From: the human T2T-CHM13v2.0 reference genome, Homo sapiens
Reading direction: 5' to 3' (one strand)
Length of the DNA stretch: 64,000 nucleotides
Assembly: GCF_009914755.1 (NCBI RefSeq)
Contig: NC_060929.1
The notes below the pieces were generated by a model that did no database searches, was not told where the DNA came from, and saw only the letters and a list, made by a program, of their open reading frames with translations. Below are positions 12,509 through 26,518 of this stretch, piece by piece; positions within the stretch are counted from its first letter, which is position 1; each line of letters opens with the position of its first letter. The translations under genes were made by a program, and so were the position numbers.

Positions 12509-14219
12509 GGTATGTTTTTAGATAAACTCTAAATTCAAGTGAGATTATTTCATGCCACTAGAGAAAATTCATGGAAAAAATTTCTATTGTTTGTTACATT
12601 TCCTTTATGTTAAAAGGTTCTCACAGCACTTTTCTGTATACTTCTATTCAATTAATTGTAAGAATTTTACTTGTATAGCTTCTTGTATAATACAGGTAGA
12701 GGAATTTTGTTTCTCCAGATTTAATAAAATGGAATTTCTTCATGTATCTTTTTGTAAGCATGTTTACATTCTAGTGGGTAGAGCTGTCCATTTCATACTG
12801 ATATCAGTTTTACATTCTGTTTTTTCTAAGAGCACACTTTGCAAATGAGTAGTCATTGTAGGGGCAATAAGTTTTAAATGTTGTAGTAATGTGTTCATCA
12901 CTACAGACTTCTTATAATACATATTTAAGTCTGATACAGACAGGCCTCAGGGAGTTATCAAAATTATCACTGACAACTGGGATTTAAAGGCTATTGGGAT
13001 AAAACGAATTATATGTGAAACTATACATATTAGTTATTATACTAGCAAATAAGAAGTTAAGTGGGTATAAAACGAATTTATTGACTCATGTACTTGGAAA
13101 TTCAAGGAAATGACTTGATAGATTAGACATTGCTCTATCCAGTGCTTCAAATACTGTCATCAACATGTCAAGTCTCTATGATATGCCTTATGAGTATGTG
13201 TAAGCTTCACTCTCTAGTTGGCCCTTCTTAAGAGATTCTGGAGGTTGCCACCAATAACCTAGGCTTAGCAATTATGAAAGCATCTCTTTCCTAAAAATTT
13301 CAGCAAAAGTTGTAGGACTAAATCTTACTGCCTTATGTCATGCTTATCCCTGATTTAATTACTATGAATTTGATTGCCTCAAGTTAGATCAAATGCTTAT
13401 CCGAACTTTAGAGACTGAGAATGGGGGAGGTGATTGCCTACTGGGAAATCGAGGTGTTATATAAGGGGGATTGGATGCCACGGTGATGAAAAAAAAAACC
13501 AGATCTATCTAGTACAGTAATAAAACTGTCATTTGGAAGAATAGGATTGAGTGGTTTAGTTAGAAATGAGTTAGTCAGTTTAGAGTTTAGCAAGTCATTG
13601 AATTGAGTAACAAAGATGTACTTTTATTATTTTAACTTTTTTCTGTTTTATATTTAAAAACTATGTCAGAGATAGTAAGAATAAAAATGAAACATCTTTT
13701 AGGACTTGTATGCCATAGGACTGCAGTGTTGCACAACTGCAGGGACCACCATTTACAGGGTAGTCTCTGTTTACTAAGGGTGCTATGCTCCTCTCTGCTC
13801 TATGGGTGTCATTTACATAGATTGAAATACAAATGGTCTTACTGAAGGTTTGCATCATGGTGGCTCTGAGCTGTGACACATGTGGATATTTTTTAGTATT
13901 TTGTACGAGTCATGAATTTGGGCATATTTTTTGTGGTTTTTTTTTTTTTTTTGGTCATTTGTGAGTTTTGTGAAAGCATTTTTAAGTACCTTTGTGAGCT
14001 TTGTAGAAAAACAAGAGTGCTTAATTGTTTTGGAAGAACTGATGACTTTTAAACAGTTTGATTTTGGAATTCATATCTGAAAAGATTATATTTTCAGACT
14101 GCTCTTAATTATAAACGGGCTATTTAGAGTAACTCAACCTATAATTTTCCTATGGTATGCTGAATTTCATTTATATAGCAATTTGCTTGTTAATATTCTC
14201 TTTAAAAATAGATATATTT

Positions 14220-15235
14220 AAGTAATATCCAGCATATATAAAGAACTTCTAAAACTCACCAACAAAAATAGACAACCCAATTGAAAAATGGACAAAGGAC
14301 TTGAATAGACAAATCTCCAAAGATATACAAATGGCTGATGAAAAACATAAAAAAATGCTCAACACCACTAATCATTAGGGAAATGCAGCTGGAAACCATG
14401 AGATACCACTTCATACCCCTCAATATGGCTGTAACAAAACAAAACAATACACAGAAAGCAAGTGTTAGTATGGATATGGAGAAATTGGAATCCTTGTGCA
14501 TTGGTGTAAAAATTTAAAAAAGCCACCGTGGAAAATTGTATGTTGATTCTTCAGAAAAATTAAACATAGAACTACCATTTGATCTAGCAATTCCACTTCT
14601 GGATATATACATAAAATAATTGAGAGCATGACTTCAACAGGTAATTGTACATTCATGTTCATAGAAGTATTGTTTACACTAGCCAAAAGGTAGAAGCAAC
14701 CCAAGTGTACATTGACAGAAAAATGGATAAAATGTGGTATATACATAAGATGGAATATTATCCAGCTTTAAAAAGGAAGGCTAGGTGTGGTGGCTCACGC
14801 CTATAATCCCAGCACTGAGACTTGTGGTCTCAGCTACTTGGGAGGCTGAGGTGGGAGCATCGCTTGAGCCCAGGAGGTCAAGGCTGCAATGAGCTTTGAT
14901 CATGCCATTGTACTAAAAAAAGGAAAATTCTGCAAAGTGAAATAAGGCGGTCACAAAAGGACAAATAAATTTCACTTAACATGAGGTTGGAATAGTCAAA
15001 TTCATAGAGGCAGAAGGTAGAATGGTGTTTTCTGGGGGCTTGGGGAGAGGGCAGAAATGGGGAATTATTGTTCATTGGGTAAGAGTTTCAGTATGGGATG
15101 ATGAACAAATTTTGGAGATGGATGGATGGTGGGGATGGTTATACAGTAATGTAAATGTACTTAATGCCACTGAACTGTACACTTAAAGATGGTTTAAATG
15201 ACAAATTCTATGTGTATTTTACCACAAATAAATTG
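14220..15235 (+). mobile_element. L1M (L1MA/MB-like) ORF2 end and 3' UTR, interrupted by a deleted Alu
   Basis: Typical L1 3' sequence (ACTACCATTTGATCTAGCAATTCCACTTCTGG; TAATGCCACTGAACTGTACACTTAAA). Confidence 0.85.
14779..14914 (+). mobile_element. Internally deleted Alu (AluJ-like)
   Basis: Left-arm start fused to part of the right arm, flanked by AAAAAGGAA direct repeats. Confidence 0.8.
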
Positions 15236-18200
15236 GAAAATAGATTTATTTAGAATTATTTAGTGGGGTATCTGTGAAAAAATATACAATTTGGTTTTGC
15301 CCGTTTGGGTTTTGATCCTCCTGTAAATCCATGTTTCTTTCCTTTATGTAGCTTCTCTGACAATATCCCTCTTTACATTACATTATTTAGCTTTGCATAG
15401 GATTAGACTATTGTTTTATACCATTATCACTCTCTGGGATAGCAAAAATTTAATGTATTGAATAGTCTTGTTTTGTCACATCTACTCAGTATTCGTTGAG
15501 TCAAATGAAGACCTGGGTTTGGGAGTCATCAGCACATAGATGGTTTTTAAAGCTAAAGAAATGGATGAGATCTCCCTGAGGAGAGTATAGAGGTTGACAA
15601 GAAAAGAATAGCAAGAACAAAGCTGTGTGGACTACTCCATTGGATATAAATAGATTTGACTCTTAATAACAAAAGTTGTGAAAGCAGTAGCTTAAACAAG
15701 TAAAGGGATGTAATGTGAGACAAGTGAGTTCAGAGGTGGGCAATTGTAGGGTTGGTACAGCTGCTCAAAAGTAAGGAACCAGGCTCCTAACCTTGGTGTG
15801 TGGCTTCATCCTGCAATCCTGGACTTTTTGTAACAGGAGGGAAGGAGGAAGAAATGAAATTACTATTTGTGTAAAGACAACTTCCAGTTCTTTATCTCCT
15901 GCTTCTATTCTTAAAGTCTAGCTGTATATGAATATCCCTACTGAAATCAGAAATTCATATAGCTGGAATTGAGTTCCCTACCTTCTTTTCCCCTTATTTT
16001 CTCGACAGTTTCTCTCTCTCTTAAAAGACCTTCCTGCTTGATCTTCTGGATTACCTAGTTCCATTAGTTCCACATCTGTTCAAGCTGAAATGTTAGCCTC
16101 CTCTGATTTTGGCGTATTGGTATAGTAAAAAAGTTCTGTCAATTTTGTCTCTTAAAATCTCTCTTGACTTAATTCTCTTCCAGTCCCCATTGTTACTTTT
16201 CTTCGAATTGGGCTTCCTTTTGAATATCTCAACCAGCTTTTTACCTCTACCTGCACAGAGGGGCACATCATTTAGTATAAAGTCCAAATTCGTTTCTCTT
16301 TCTACTGACCTACTTTTTAGTTGCACTACACTTACTATTCCTTGAGTAGATCTTACTATTTTCACGTCTGTATTCTTTCTCGAATATCTTTCTTTTCTAA
16401 TGAATTCTATTTTTCTTTAAGCCCTAGCTAAATGTCACCTGCTTAGCAATGCATTTTCTGACATCTTTTCCTCTCCAGAAAATCTTCTTATTTGATCTGA
16501 TATTTTGAATATGTAAACCTTTGAAACCTTTATTTTTCTTTTATCGTATGGTAATTATTATTTGTCTATGTCTGTCTTCTCCACTGAATTTTGAACTCTT
16601 TGAGGGCAGTGATAATGATATGTTCATCTTTTTCTTCTTGGTAGCAGAATGATTGGCACTTGTAGGTTCTTGGTAAATGGTTGAAAGAATAAATTCTTAA
16701 CTAACAATAATAGACTGTTTTCTTTCATTAGATGTGAAGTTGGGATGTATAATCTTCAAATTTCCTATATTTTCTAACTTCTGTGACCCTGTGATTAAAG
16801 TTTGATATTTTAATATTACACAAAATTGTCGTATTATTAATTTTGAGTTTATTCTATTTCTGGACAAATAATACAATTTCAAATTTTTAAATTCTAAAAA
16901 TTAATTTCATTTGTATTATCCTATGATTAGGTAAATTTATTTTCTCATTTTGGACAACTAGAGATCAAAGGAAAAAATTATTGGTGAGAATTTTTTAATT
17001 AATGGAAGTGGTAACCAAGGAGATATGCAGAAAGTTTTATATTAAAACTTGCTGAACTATACAACTCAGCCATCTAAAATTAGTCACTTTCTTGAGAAGG
17101 GTGGGCTTTAATTATTAGAATTAACTCAGTTTCTTCATTTACTTGAAAGTAAGTATATCTGAATTGTTGATATTTCATGAAAATGCATAGAACATATTTG
17201 AAATTTATGGGAAAATTGTTTTTGGAGGTCTGTGATTCTCAGTAACACTTCTTAATTTTTTTTGACATGAGTTTAAATAGGCTACATTAGGAGAAACTGC
17301 AATTAATGCATTCCTTGGAACATCTTAATTAGCTGATATTTTTAATCATAGGAAAAAATAACCTTTTTTTCTGTCATAAATTACTACTTATCAGAGGAAG
17401 TAAATGATCTTTTTCTCTGTCATAAATTATTCTTGGCAAATCTCTGACTATAGAGATGATATTAAAAATACTGTTTGACACCATTCATATGTTAAATCAT
17501 CATTTCTCGAGTGGCTTGACTTTTTGAGATTCCTTGGACTATGTAGTTCTAAGCAATAATTTGATGGTAGCCACAGGTGCTGTTACTGAAATTATAACTC
17601 TTTATAATGCTGTCTTTTAAAAGGTGTTTGAAAAGCCCCCTCTTTCTTCTTTATGCTGATCCTTCTGCCTTCTTGATTTGTGCCTTGTTAAAAAGTCTGG
17701 ATTTATGTGCTCCCTGCAGTTTTTTACACTGGTTTATCGATGCCTACGTTTTCACTTTATTTTTAAGATGATTTAGTTCCGTCTGCTGGTTAAATGAACG
17801 TTGGTGATTTTGTAATATACGGAAATTTTATTGTACTGTTCACTTCTGAGAAGTATTATGGGTAATAGTATAAACTTTGTTAAAAGTTGTGGGTATAAAC
17901 CATTCAGTAGTATCTAAAACTGATTTAATTCACAGTTACCAGATCAAGTTTCTCAGACCATGTTTTAGGTAAGACATTCAAAAAATTCTGCTCTATGTAT
18001 ATTATAAGCTGTTGTTTGAAAAAATTGAAAGGAAGTACTGTAAAAAGCATGAAAGTTAAGTGAATAAATACTTAGACTATTGCTTACTGTATTTTGATAT
18101 TAACAAAAATAATGAAAATATGATATGAGTGGGTTAGTCAGTAGTGTAAACTTAATCTCAGCCCAGGTAACCAACAGTTTATGTAGCAGATTCTTAGAAT

Positions 18201-19125
18201 TCCTTTTTCTGTCATAGCTAAATTGCTTTTAGAAGAAGTTTTTAAAAATATGTAATACTTCTAATTCTTTAAAGTTAGAGATCTCTCTGTATGGAAATTT
18301 CTACAAGTTTTACACTGCTAAACATTTACTTATTTATATGTGAATATATACTTACATTGTTACTACTATCATAGTAGATGGAAGTATACAATTTTTTTCT
18401 GTTAAAGTTGTAGTTTATGGAGAATGGGTACATTTAAAGAATGTTATGCATTATCAGAAAGAGGTGTTAACTGATAGTGGTTTTAGTTTGGTTTATATGG
18501 TGCAGGCATTAGTGTTGTGTGTGGTGTGGTTATTATAGTATTTTCAATGATTAATTAAGCACATAGGAATCTTAAGCAAAAAGCAAACCATACTTTTGAA
18601 TAGGATATTACTAAATATACATAATTTTTGTAATTCCTTGTGTAATAGTAAAAAGATAGAAAGTATAAAACCATGAAAAATTATGAAAATTTCATATTTA
18701 GTTTTGCTTTAAGTGTTATATAATGCATTGTAAGAAGAAAAGATTTGTAAGCTTGTAGCTTAGGGACTAGGGGGAAGAATCATAGAGTCCATTTTTTCCT
18801 TAAATTTTATAGGCCCAAATTGGATAACAACTTAAGTTCCATTCAGTTTTTGCAACAGTTAAATTTTTACTTGTTTGTAGGTGATGTTATTTTTTTAATG
18901 TTGTTTGAATGTTAGAATAATTTCTAAATGTGTAAATTAAATCATCACAGAAAGGACTGTTGCTCTTTTTTACAGTAGAATAACTTGATTCCTTTTATTT
19001 GGGGTTAATTGATAGAATTTTACTGCTAAATGCAGATATTGTGGTCTTTTAATGGAAGGACTGTTACCAAGTCCATAATTCAGTTCACCTGTTGGTTCAT
19101 AGCAGCGCTTACTATTCAGCTAGGA

Positions 19126-19602
19126 CAGCACTTCTTAAACTTTCGGGTCTCAGGATTCTTTTATGCTCTTACCCTTTTTGAGTATCTCAGAGCACTTTTG
19201 TTGTTGTGGGTTGTAGCTATTGATATTTACCATATTAGAAATTAACACAGAAATATAAAAATGTTGCTATATTTGTTTAAAATAAAAATAATAATTGAGA
19301 CATTTTAAAATCAAGGCAATTTTGTTGATATACTTTCCAAAACAGAAAAAATGAGAAAAGTAACATTGTTCTACATATTTTGCAAATGTCTTTAATGTCT
19401 GGCTTAACAGTAAACAGCTAGATTCCCATATCTTCTGCATTTAATACATTGTGATAACACAAGTCCCATAGTCTCTGGAATGAGAGTGAAAAAAACATAT
19501 TTATGTTATTACAAAATAATTTTGATATTACTGACTTCCTGCAAGGGTCTCACGGACCACCTCTGTCCTCAAGAGCTTCAGGCCACATGTTGAAAACTGT
19601 TG
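19126..19602. mobile_element. hAT-Charlie non-autonomous DNA transposon
   Basis: Termini CAGCACTTCTTAAAC...TTGAAAACTGTTG. Near-identical 8-bp flanks AGCTAGGA (19118-19125) and ATCTAGGA (19603-19610) fit a hAT target-site duplication (TSD). Confidence 0.7.
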
Positions 19603-19813
19603 ATCTAGGAGTATAAGCATTTGTGCTAAAGGTTAAGAATGCCTTAATGCAAAATTACCCTAAAAAAAAGATAGGGTGATACTGTGTGATAATTCTGTAC
19701 TTAGCATTTCTAGCCACAATTTAGGTTTTCTTAATCAGAGCTGTTTAAATTAAATCAGGAAGTTTAAATTTCCTAATAAGTTTGTTAGTACTTTTGTTCT
19801 AATTCTTCTTATT

Positions 19814-20217
19814 TGTGTTAGGCTGTTCTTGTGTTGCTATAAAGAAATGCTGGAGTCTGGGTAATTTATAAGAAAAGAGGTTTAGTTGGCTCACGGTTCT
19901 GTAGGCTGTATAGGAAGCATGGTGCCAGGCATCTGTTCAGCTTCTGGTAAGGCCTCAGGAAGTGTACAATCATGGCAGAAGGCAAGGGGAAGCCAGTTAT
20001 CACGTGGAGAGAGTGGGAGCAAGAGAGAGAGAAAGTGAAGGGGAGGTGCAACACACTTTTAAACCAAATCTCATAAGAACTCAAAATCATGAGAACAGCA
20101 CAAACCCATGAGGGATCTGCCCCATTGACCCAGTTAACTCCCATCAGGCCCCACCTTCAACACTGAGGATTATAACTCAACGTAAGATTTAGAGGGGACA
20201 ACACCCAAACTATATCA
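19814..20217 (-). mobile_element. MaLR solo LTR (MST-type)
   Basis: TGTGTTAGGCTGTTCTTGTGTTGCTATAAAGAAATGC...CCCAAACTATATCA. Confidence 0.85.
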
Positions 20218-21178
20218 CTGTTTTACATTTTACATGAAGAATTCTAGACCTGAAAATGGATCATGATATTACTGTGAAATGGATCATGATATTATTTCCT
20301 TAATGGTCTACTTAACTAATACTTACCTGTAAGGAACTGAAGTATTTAAAAACTTGACACAAAGTACCAAGCAGTCTTTAATAGTTTCTGTGTATTACTG
20401 TTGTGTGACCTAATTTTGTTTTGTCACTTAAAGGGAATACCAACATATAAAATGAGATATTTAATGAAGTGAATTTTGGGGGAGTGAGGGTGAGATTGTA
20501 TTTTCAAATATGTGAATTTTGTATTCATACTCCTTGAGCTTTTCTTGGGAAAAAATAAACTTCTCTTGAAAAGTAAAGATATTGGAAATTATCAGATGTA
20601 ACTTTCATGAATTCACAGTGGATAGCTTTTTATATTAGTATCAAATAAAAATAATTTTAGAACCACTGGAATGGGTGGAGTAAGATTTTATAATTGAAAA
20701 TTCACCAGGTGTAAGAACAAACCTTTCTGAGCCTGTCGTGCCCTCTTTTTCCTTACCTCTCCCATTTCTAAAGAATCTCTACCTTGTGACCTAACCTACC
20801 ATTTACGTTGCTCTGGTGGTTTTGGTTTGTTTTTGCTTAGGATATACCCTGCCTCAACCTCTGTTTGTTAATTGCAATTCTTCTTAACTCTTAAAAATTT
20901 AAGTTGTTTGCTCAGTGATTAAAAAAACTGTCCAGACTTGTTCTGGGAAATAAAATTATAGTTTGGTGTAAATATCATTTTAAGTTTTTCTTTGTGGTCC
21001 TAGAATCTTTAAAGTAAGCACTTTTTTTCCTGATTGCAAAAATAGCATATGTTCGTAATAAAAATTAGGAAAAGTTTAAAAAAAAAAGTGAAGGTAGAAA
21101 TCACCAGTGCTTCCAGTAATGTTAGCTTTCTGCTTTTTTCTTATGTTATCTTTTCTATTCGTATGTATGTTTAATGAT

Positions 21179-21524
21179 TGTATTCGTCCGTTTTCTTGCT
21201 GCTGATAAATTGCCCTGAGGCGGGGCAATTTACAAAAGAAAGAGGTTTATTAGACTTAACAGTTCCATGTGGCTGGGGAGGCCTCACAATCATGGCGGAA
21301 GGTGAAAGGCACATCTCACTGGCAGACAAGAGCTTGTGCAGGCAAACTCCCATTTTTAAAGCCATCAGATCTTTTGAGACTCATTCACTATTATGAGAAC
21401 AGTACAGGAAAGACCCAGTCCCATAATTCAGTCACCTCCCACTGGGTTCCTCCCACAACATGTGGAATTGTGGGAGTTACGATTCAAGATGAGATTTGGG
21501 TGGGGTCACAGCCAAACCATATCA
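21179..21524 (-). mobile_element. THE1 solo LTR
   Basis: TGTATT...GCTGCTGATAAA...TTTACAAAAGAAAGAGG...CAGCCAAACCATATCA. Confidence 0.88.
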
Positions 21525-21552
21525 GTGACTCATTAGAAATATTTTATTTTAA

Positions 21553-21849
21553 GGCCAGGCGTGGTGGCTCACGCCTGTAATCCCAGCACTTTGGGAGGCT
21601 GAGGTGGGTGGATCACTTGAGGTCTGGAGTTTGAGACCATCCTGGCCAACATAGGGAAACCCTGTCTCTACTAAAAATACAATAAAAAGATTAGCTGGGC
21701 GTGGTGGCAGGTGCCTATAATCCCAGCTATTTTGGGAGCCTGAGGCAGGAGAATCACTTGAACCGTGAAGTGGAGGTTGTGGCAAGCTGAGATCGCACAA
21801 CTGTATTCCAGCCTGGGCAATAGAGTGAGACTCCATTTTAAAAAAAAAT
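21553..21849 (+). mobile_element. Alu (AluS), full length
   Basis: GGCCAGGCGTGGTGGCTCACGCC... with A tail. Flanking AAATATTTTA repeat. Confidence 0.95.
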
Positions 21850-21993
21850 ATTTTAAAAGTAATACATGGTTTAAAACAACAAAAATTTTAATCAGCAGTA
21901 TTATAAGAAGTAAGTAATAAAAGTTTGTCTTTCACAGTTATCGCCAAAGATAGTCAAAGGCTGTATTATATTCCGTAATATGGGTATGACATA

Positions 21994-23280
21994 TTAGGTT
22001 GGTGCAAACATAATTGCAGTTGTGGGCTGTGAATTTTAAATCATTATGACTGGTCTCAAGCACATCTTTATTAATCAAAATAGGAACCATTACGGTCAAC
22101 ACATTTTTGCCAATAAGAAATAAGTGTTTATTCTTGTAGCATAAAAATTAGTGCTTCGGGATTTGATGAACTCTTGGAAAGCATTTTTACTGCATCTTGC
22201 TGGTTGTGGAAACGTTTTCCCTGCAAAAGGTTGTCAAGATGCTTGAAGAAGTAGTAGTTGGTTGGCAAGAGGTCAGGTGAATATGGCAGATGAGGCAAAA
22301 CTTCATAGCCCAATTTGTTCAACTTTTGAAGCGTTGGCTGTGCAATGTGCGGTCGGTGTTGTGGTGGAGATGAATTGGATCCTTTCTGTTGATCAATGCC
22401 AGCTGCAGGCATTGCAGTTTTCGGTGCATCTCATTGATTTGCTGAGGATACTTCTCAGATGTAATGGTTTCGCTGGGATTCAGAAAGCTGCAGTGGATCA
22501 GACCAGCAGCCGAACACCAGACGTGACTATGACCTTTTTTTGGTGCAAGTTTGGCTCTGGGAAGTGCTTTGGAGCTTCTTCTCGGTCCAACCACTGGGCT
22601 GGTTGTCACCGGTTGTCATGTAAAATCCACTCTTTGTCTCACATCACAATCCGATTGAGAAATGGTTCATTGTTGTTGTGTAAAATAAGAGAAGATGACA
22701 CTTCAAAATGATGTTTTTTTAAAAAATGTTTGCTCAGCTCATGAGGCACCCACTAATCGAGCTTTTTCACCTTTCCAATTTGCTTCAAATGCTGAACGAC
22801 CATAGAAAGGTCGACGTTGAGTTCTTTGGCAACTTCTTGTGTAGTTTTAAGAGGATCAGCTTTGATGATTGCCCTCAGTTGGTCATTGTCAGCCTCTGAT
22901 GGCCAACCACTATGCTCCTCATCTTCAAGGCTCTTGTCTCCTTTGTAAAACTTCTTGAACTGCCACTGCACTCTATGTTTGTTAGCAGTTCCTGGGCCAA
23001 ATGCATTGCTGATGTTGCATGTTGTTTCCACTGCTATATACGACCCATTTTTGAACTCGAATAAGAAAATCACTCAAATTTGCTTTTTGTCTAACATCAT
23101 TTCCATAGTCTAAAGTAAATTTAAAATAAACAGCAAGTAATAAGTCATTAGCAAAAATACATAAAAAGAGAAACATGCATTAAAATGATGTATAACATGA
23201 CGACATTTAAGAATGTATTCCAGTATCAAACAGCAATTTGCAACAATGCAAAAACTGCAATTACATTTGCACCAAGCTAA
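21994..23280 (-). mobile_element. Full-length Hsmar1 mariner transposon (1287 bp)
   Basis: About 30-bp terminal inverted repeats (TIRs) TTAGGTTGGTGCAAACATAATTGCAG... and ...CTGCAATTACATTTGCACCAAGCTAA, TA dinucleotide on both sides, transposase remnants on the minus strand. Confidence 0.95.
22071..23106 (-). pseudogene. Hsmar1 transposase pseudogene
   Basis: Begins MEMMLDKKQI*VIFLFEFK. Fragments in ORFs 22753..23073, 22319..22609 and 22128..22412 include the mariner motif HLPYSPDLLPT. Ends ...GSYFD*. Disrupted by stops and frameshifts. Confidence 0.92.
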
Positions 23281-23396
23281 TAATTTGTTTAATTAGCTTA
23301 GAGTTGGTGGATTTTTAGGTAGCTGCCAACTCTTTTTGTAACTGTAACAAACAATGAAGCTTGAACATGATTATATGCATACTTATGCTTGCTTTG

Positions 23397-23485
23397 AAAA
23401 TGATAGGGTAATTTTCCTCCAAAAGCAAAAGGATAGAGTAATTTTCCTTCAAAAACAAAAGGATAGGGTAATTTTCCTCCAAAAA
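23397..23485. repeat. 30-bp minisatellite, about 3 copies (AAAAGGATAGGGTAATTTTCCTCCAAAAAC)
   Basis: Three near-identical units directly visible. Confidence 0.92.
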
Positions 23486-24536
23486 TGTGCTGCTTTCTAT
23501 TCTCATCAATGTTTTAACCCACAACTTTGTCAGTCTTGACTAATTAATTTTTAAATTATGAATATGCCTTTGAAACTACACCAAAATTTGACAAGTGGTC
23601 ATTTCTTAAAGGTCAGTTACAATGTAGAGTATAGAAATCATACCAAAAAACTTTTTCTATTCTCATACATTAAAATCCATTGTAGTTTGAATGAACCATT
23701 TCTGACTACATGCATTGTCTTTTGGAGGACACTGGTTCATTGAGTTATGCATGTATTTCAAATACTAACACATTTCACTACCCAACATTAAATCATAATA
23801 GCTAATATCACCACAATTTCATCAGAACAAGCTTTTAAGTATTGGAAAACTGTCAAGGTCATCATAGCATATAAAAATTTTTACAAAATTCAAATTGCTT
23901 GAAAGCTTTAATTTTATTATTGGTAATAAATGTCAGTTTTTCTTGAAGTAAGAGTCTCTTCATTCATTCTTGAGAATGCTTTTTATTTATTTATTTGTTT
24001 TGCTTCGTTGTACTCTTGAATAGAAAAGTTAAAAGTTCTCTTGCTCTCAGTCATTAATGGAAAGCATTCAATCTTTCACCATTAAATGTGATGTTAGTTG
24101 GTAACTTTTCCTAGATTCCCTTTATCAGATTTAGAAACCTTCTATTCCAAATTTTTGAGTGTTAAATCAGATGCTTTCTTAGCACCCTTTAAGATAATCT
24201 TAAGGTTTTTGCCATTTCTTCTATTATTATGGTGAATTATATTGGTGGATTTTTGAATATTAACCCAACTTTGTATTCCTGGATTAAAACATTCTTAGCA
24301 TGGTTTCTCATTCACTTATGTATCCGTAATGCCCAACCCAGTCCCATAAAGATATAGTATATGTCCAGTAAGTATTTGTTCAATTAATTAAGACAGTGAA
24401 ATTCCTTAAATGGTTTTCCTGTTTTGGAAACTGTTGAAAACTTTTGAAAAAACCAGTCATTTTATAAACCAAAACATACTGCTATCTATCTTATTCAGAA
24501 GTCATTTCTCAACAACGTTAACTATTGGGAATATAG

Positions 24537-24959
<423 letters not shown>

Positions 24960-25464
24960 TGATCTGGTTTCCATGCACCCTGCATATCAGAAGTAACAAA
25001 CTGTAGTGGAATAAGTTATTAGAGATTGTTAAATTGAGAGGATGTAAATTAACAACTTTCAGTGGCAGAGAGGGGGAAAAAGCATTATGGAAAGAATTTT
25101 CAAAGCTTAGTAGCTGAGAGCTGTCGATGTTGTGGTAGCTGAGAGCTGTCTGTAAATCTTAATTGCATCTCCAGCTTCTTAATGTATATAGCATTGTAAA
25201 AGCAGGATTTTAGAGTTGGAATAAACTTAACAAGCCTCTCATTCCCTGTTTCTGAACCTTTTCTCCACCTTTACACATGTGAGGGGTAGATATGACAAAT
25301 ACATCTAAGAGTGGCTGTGGTAGGAGTGTCTTTGATTCCCAGTAGCAAGAGGAGATGGGACAAGCGTGTGTGATGTGTGTGTGTTTGCAGGGGGTGGTGA
25401 TACATACACATTGGGGTGTATCAGAATCTCTGTTTCTGGGGAGGGCACCATGTATGCAGTTTGA

Positions 25465-25749
<285 letters not shown>

Positions 25750-26089
25750 TAATATTATAATAGATAAGTAAACTGAGGCCCACTTGAGAGGTTGAATGAC
25801 AAGCTAGCCACACAGCTGATGAATATTAGGTTAGACTAAGAATGTAGTTTTCTTGGTTTTTAGTTCAGTGTTTTCTATTCTGTCCTGCAATGATTTATAT
25901 TCAAAATAATAGGGTAAATAATAATAATGTTATATTTAAAAAACGTTTTATTAAAAAGAATGAGAAGTTTTCATTAGATTTGTTTTCTCTTTCAATATAC
26001 TGAAAAAAAATCACTTGGAAGTAAAACTGAGACATTTGTGGTGGAAGAAGTTCATTTTTTCATGCTAATAGATAAATGCAGTGTTAAGT

Positions 26090-26518
26090 GTCAAACTAAA
26101 TAATAGGGAGACTTGTCTAAAAGAAAATGATAGTTATTTACGAGTGGGCATTACAATGGGAATATATGTGAGTATATTCAGGGAGGTAAAGGAAGACAAG
26201 AGTTTTTAAAGGAAAAATGAGGAGGGTCACATAAGTTGTTTTGAGAGAGTTACCCTTGGCTACAAGGATCATTAACAAGAATGGCCTCAGTCTGAAGTTG
26301 GACAGGCAGTTCCTGGGCAGATGTCCTCACAGAGTAATTTTTTGTAAAGTTGTGGTGGCTTTTGTTCCAGGTTGTGGTTTTTGCAGTCTTTTGTGGTAGT
26401 TCTTCTTATCAGGCATATATATATATATGTGTGAGAACCCTCCCTTCATCTCCTTCCCTAGCTCTGTTTGTCAGGGTTTTAATACAAGTGACTCTGTTTT
26501 GATTCTGACAACTTCCAT
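26090..26518 (-). mobile_element. ERV1 MER4-group-like solo LTR
   Basis: Ends with GTGACTCTGTTTTGATTCTGACAACTTCCA, the reverse complement of a recalled MER4-group LTR start. Subfamily uncertain. Confidence 0.55.

Noticed and set aside
22262-22711. 149-aa plus-strand ORF
   Set aside because: It is the antisense reading of the Hsmar1 transposase pseudogene.
22071-23106. Possible active transposase or SETMAR copy
   Set aside because: It has an early stop, several frameshifts and no SET-domain exons.
23397-23485. CRISPR-like 30-bp repeats
   Set aside because: The units are contiguous with no spacers, the context is a eukaryotic intron, and there are no cas genes.
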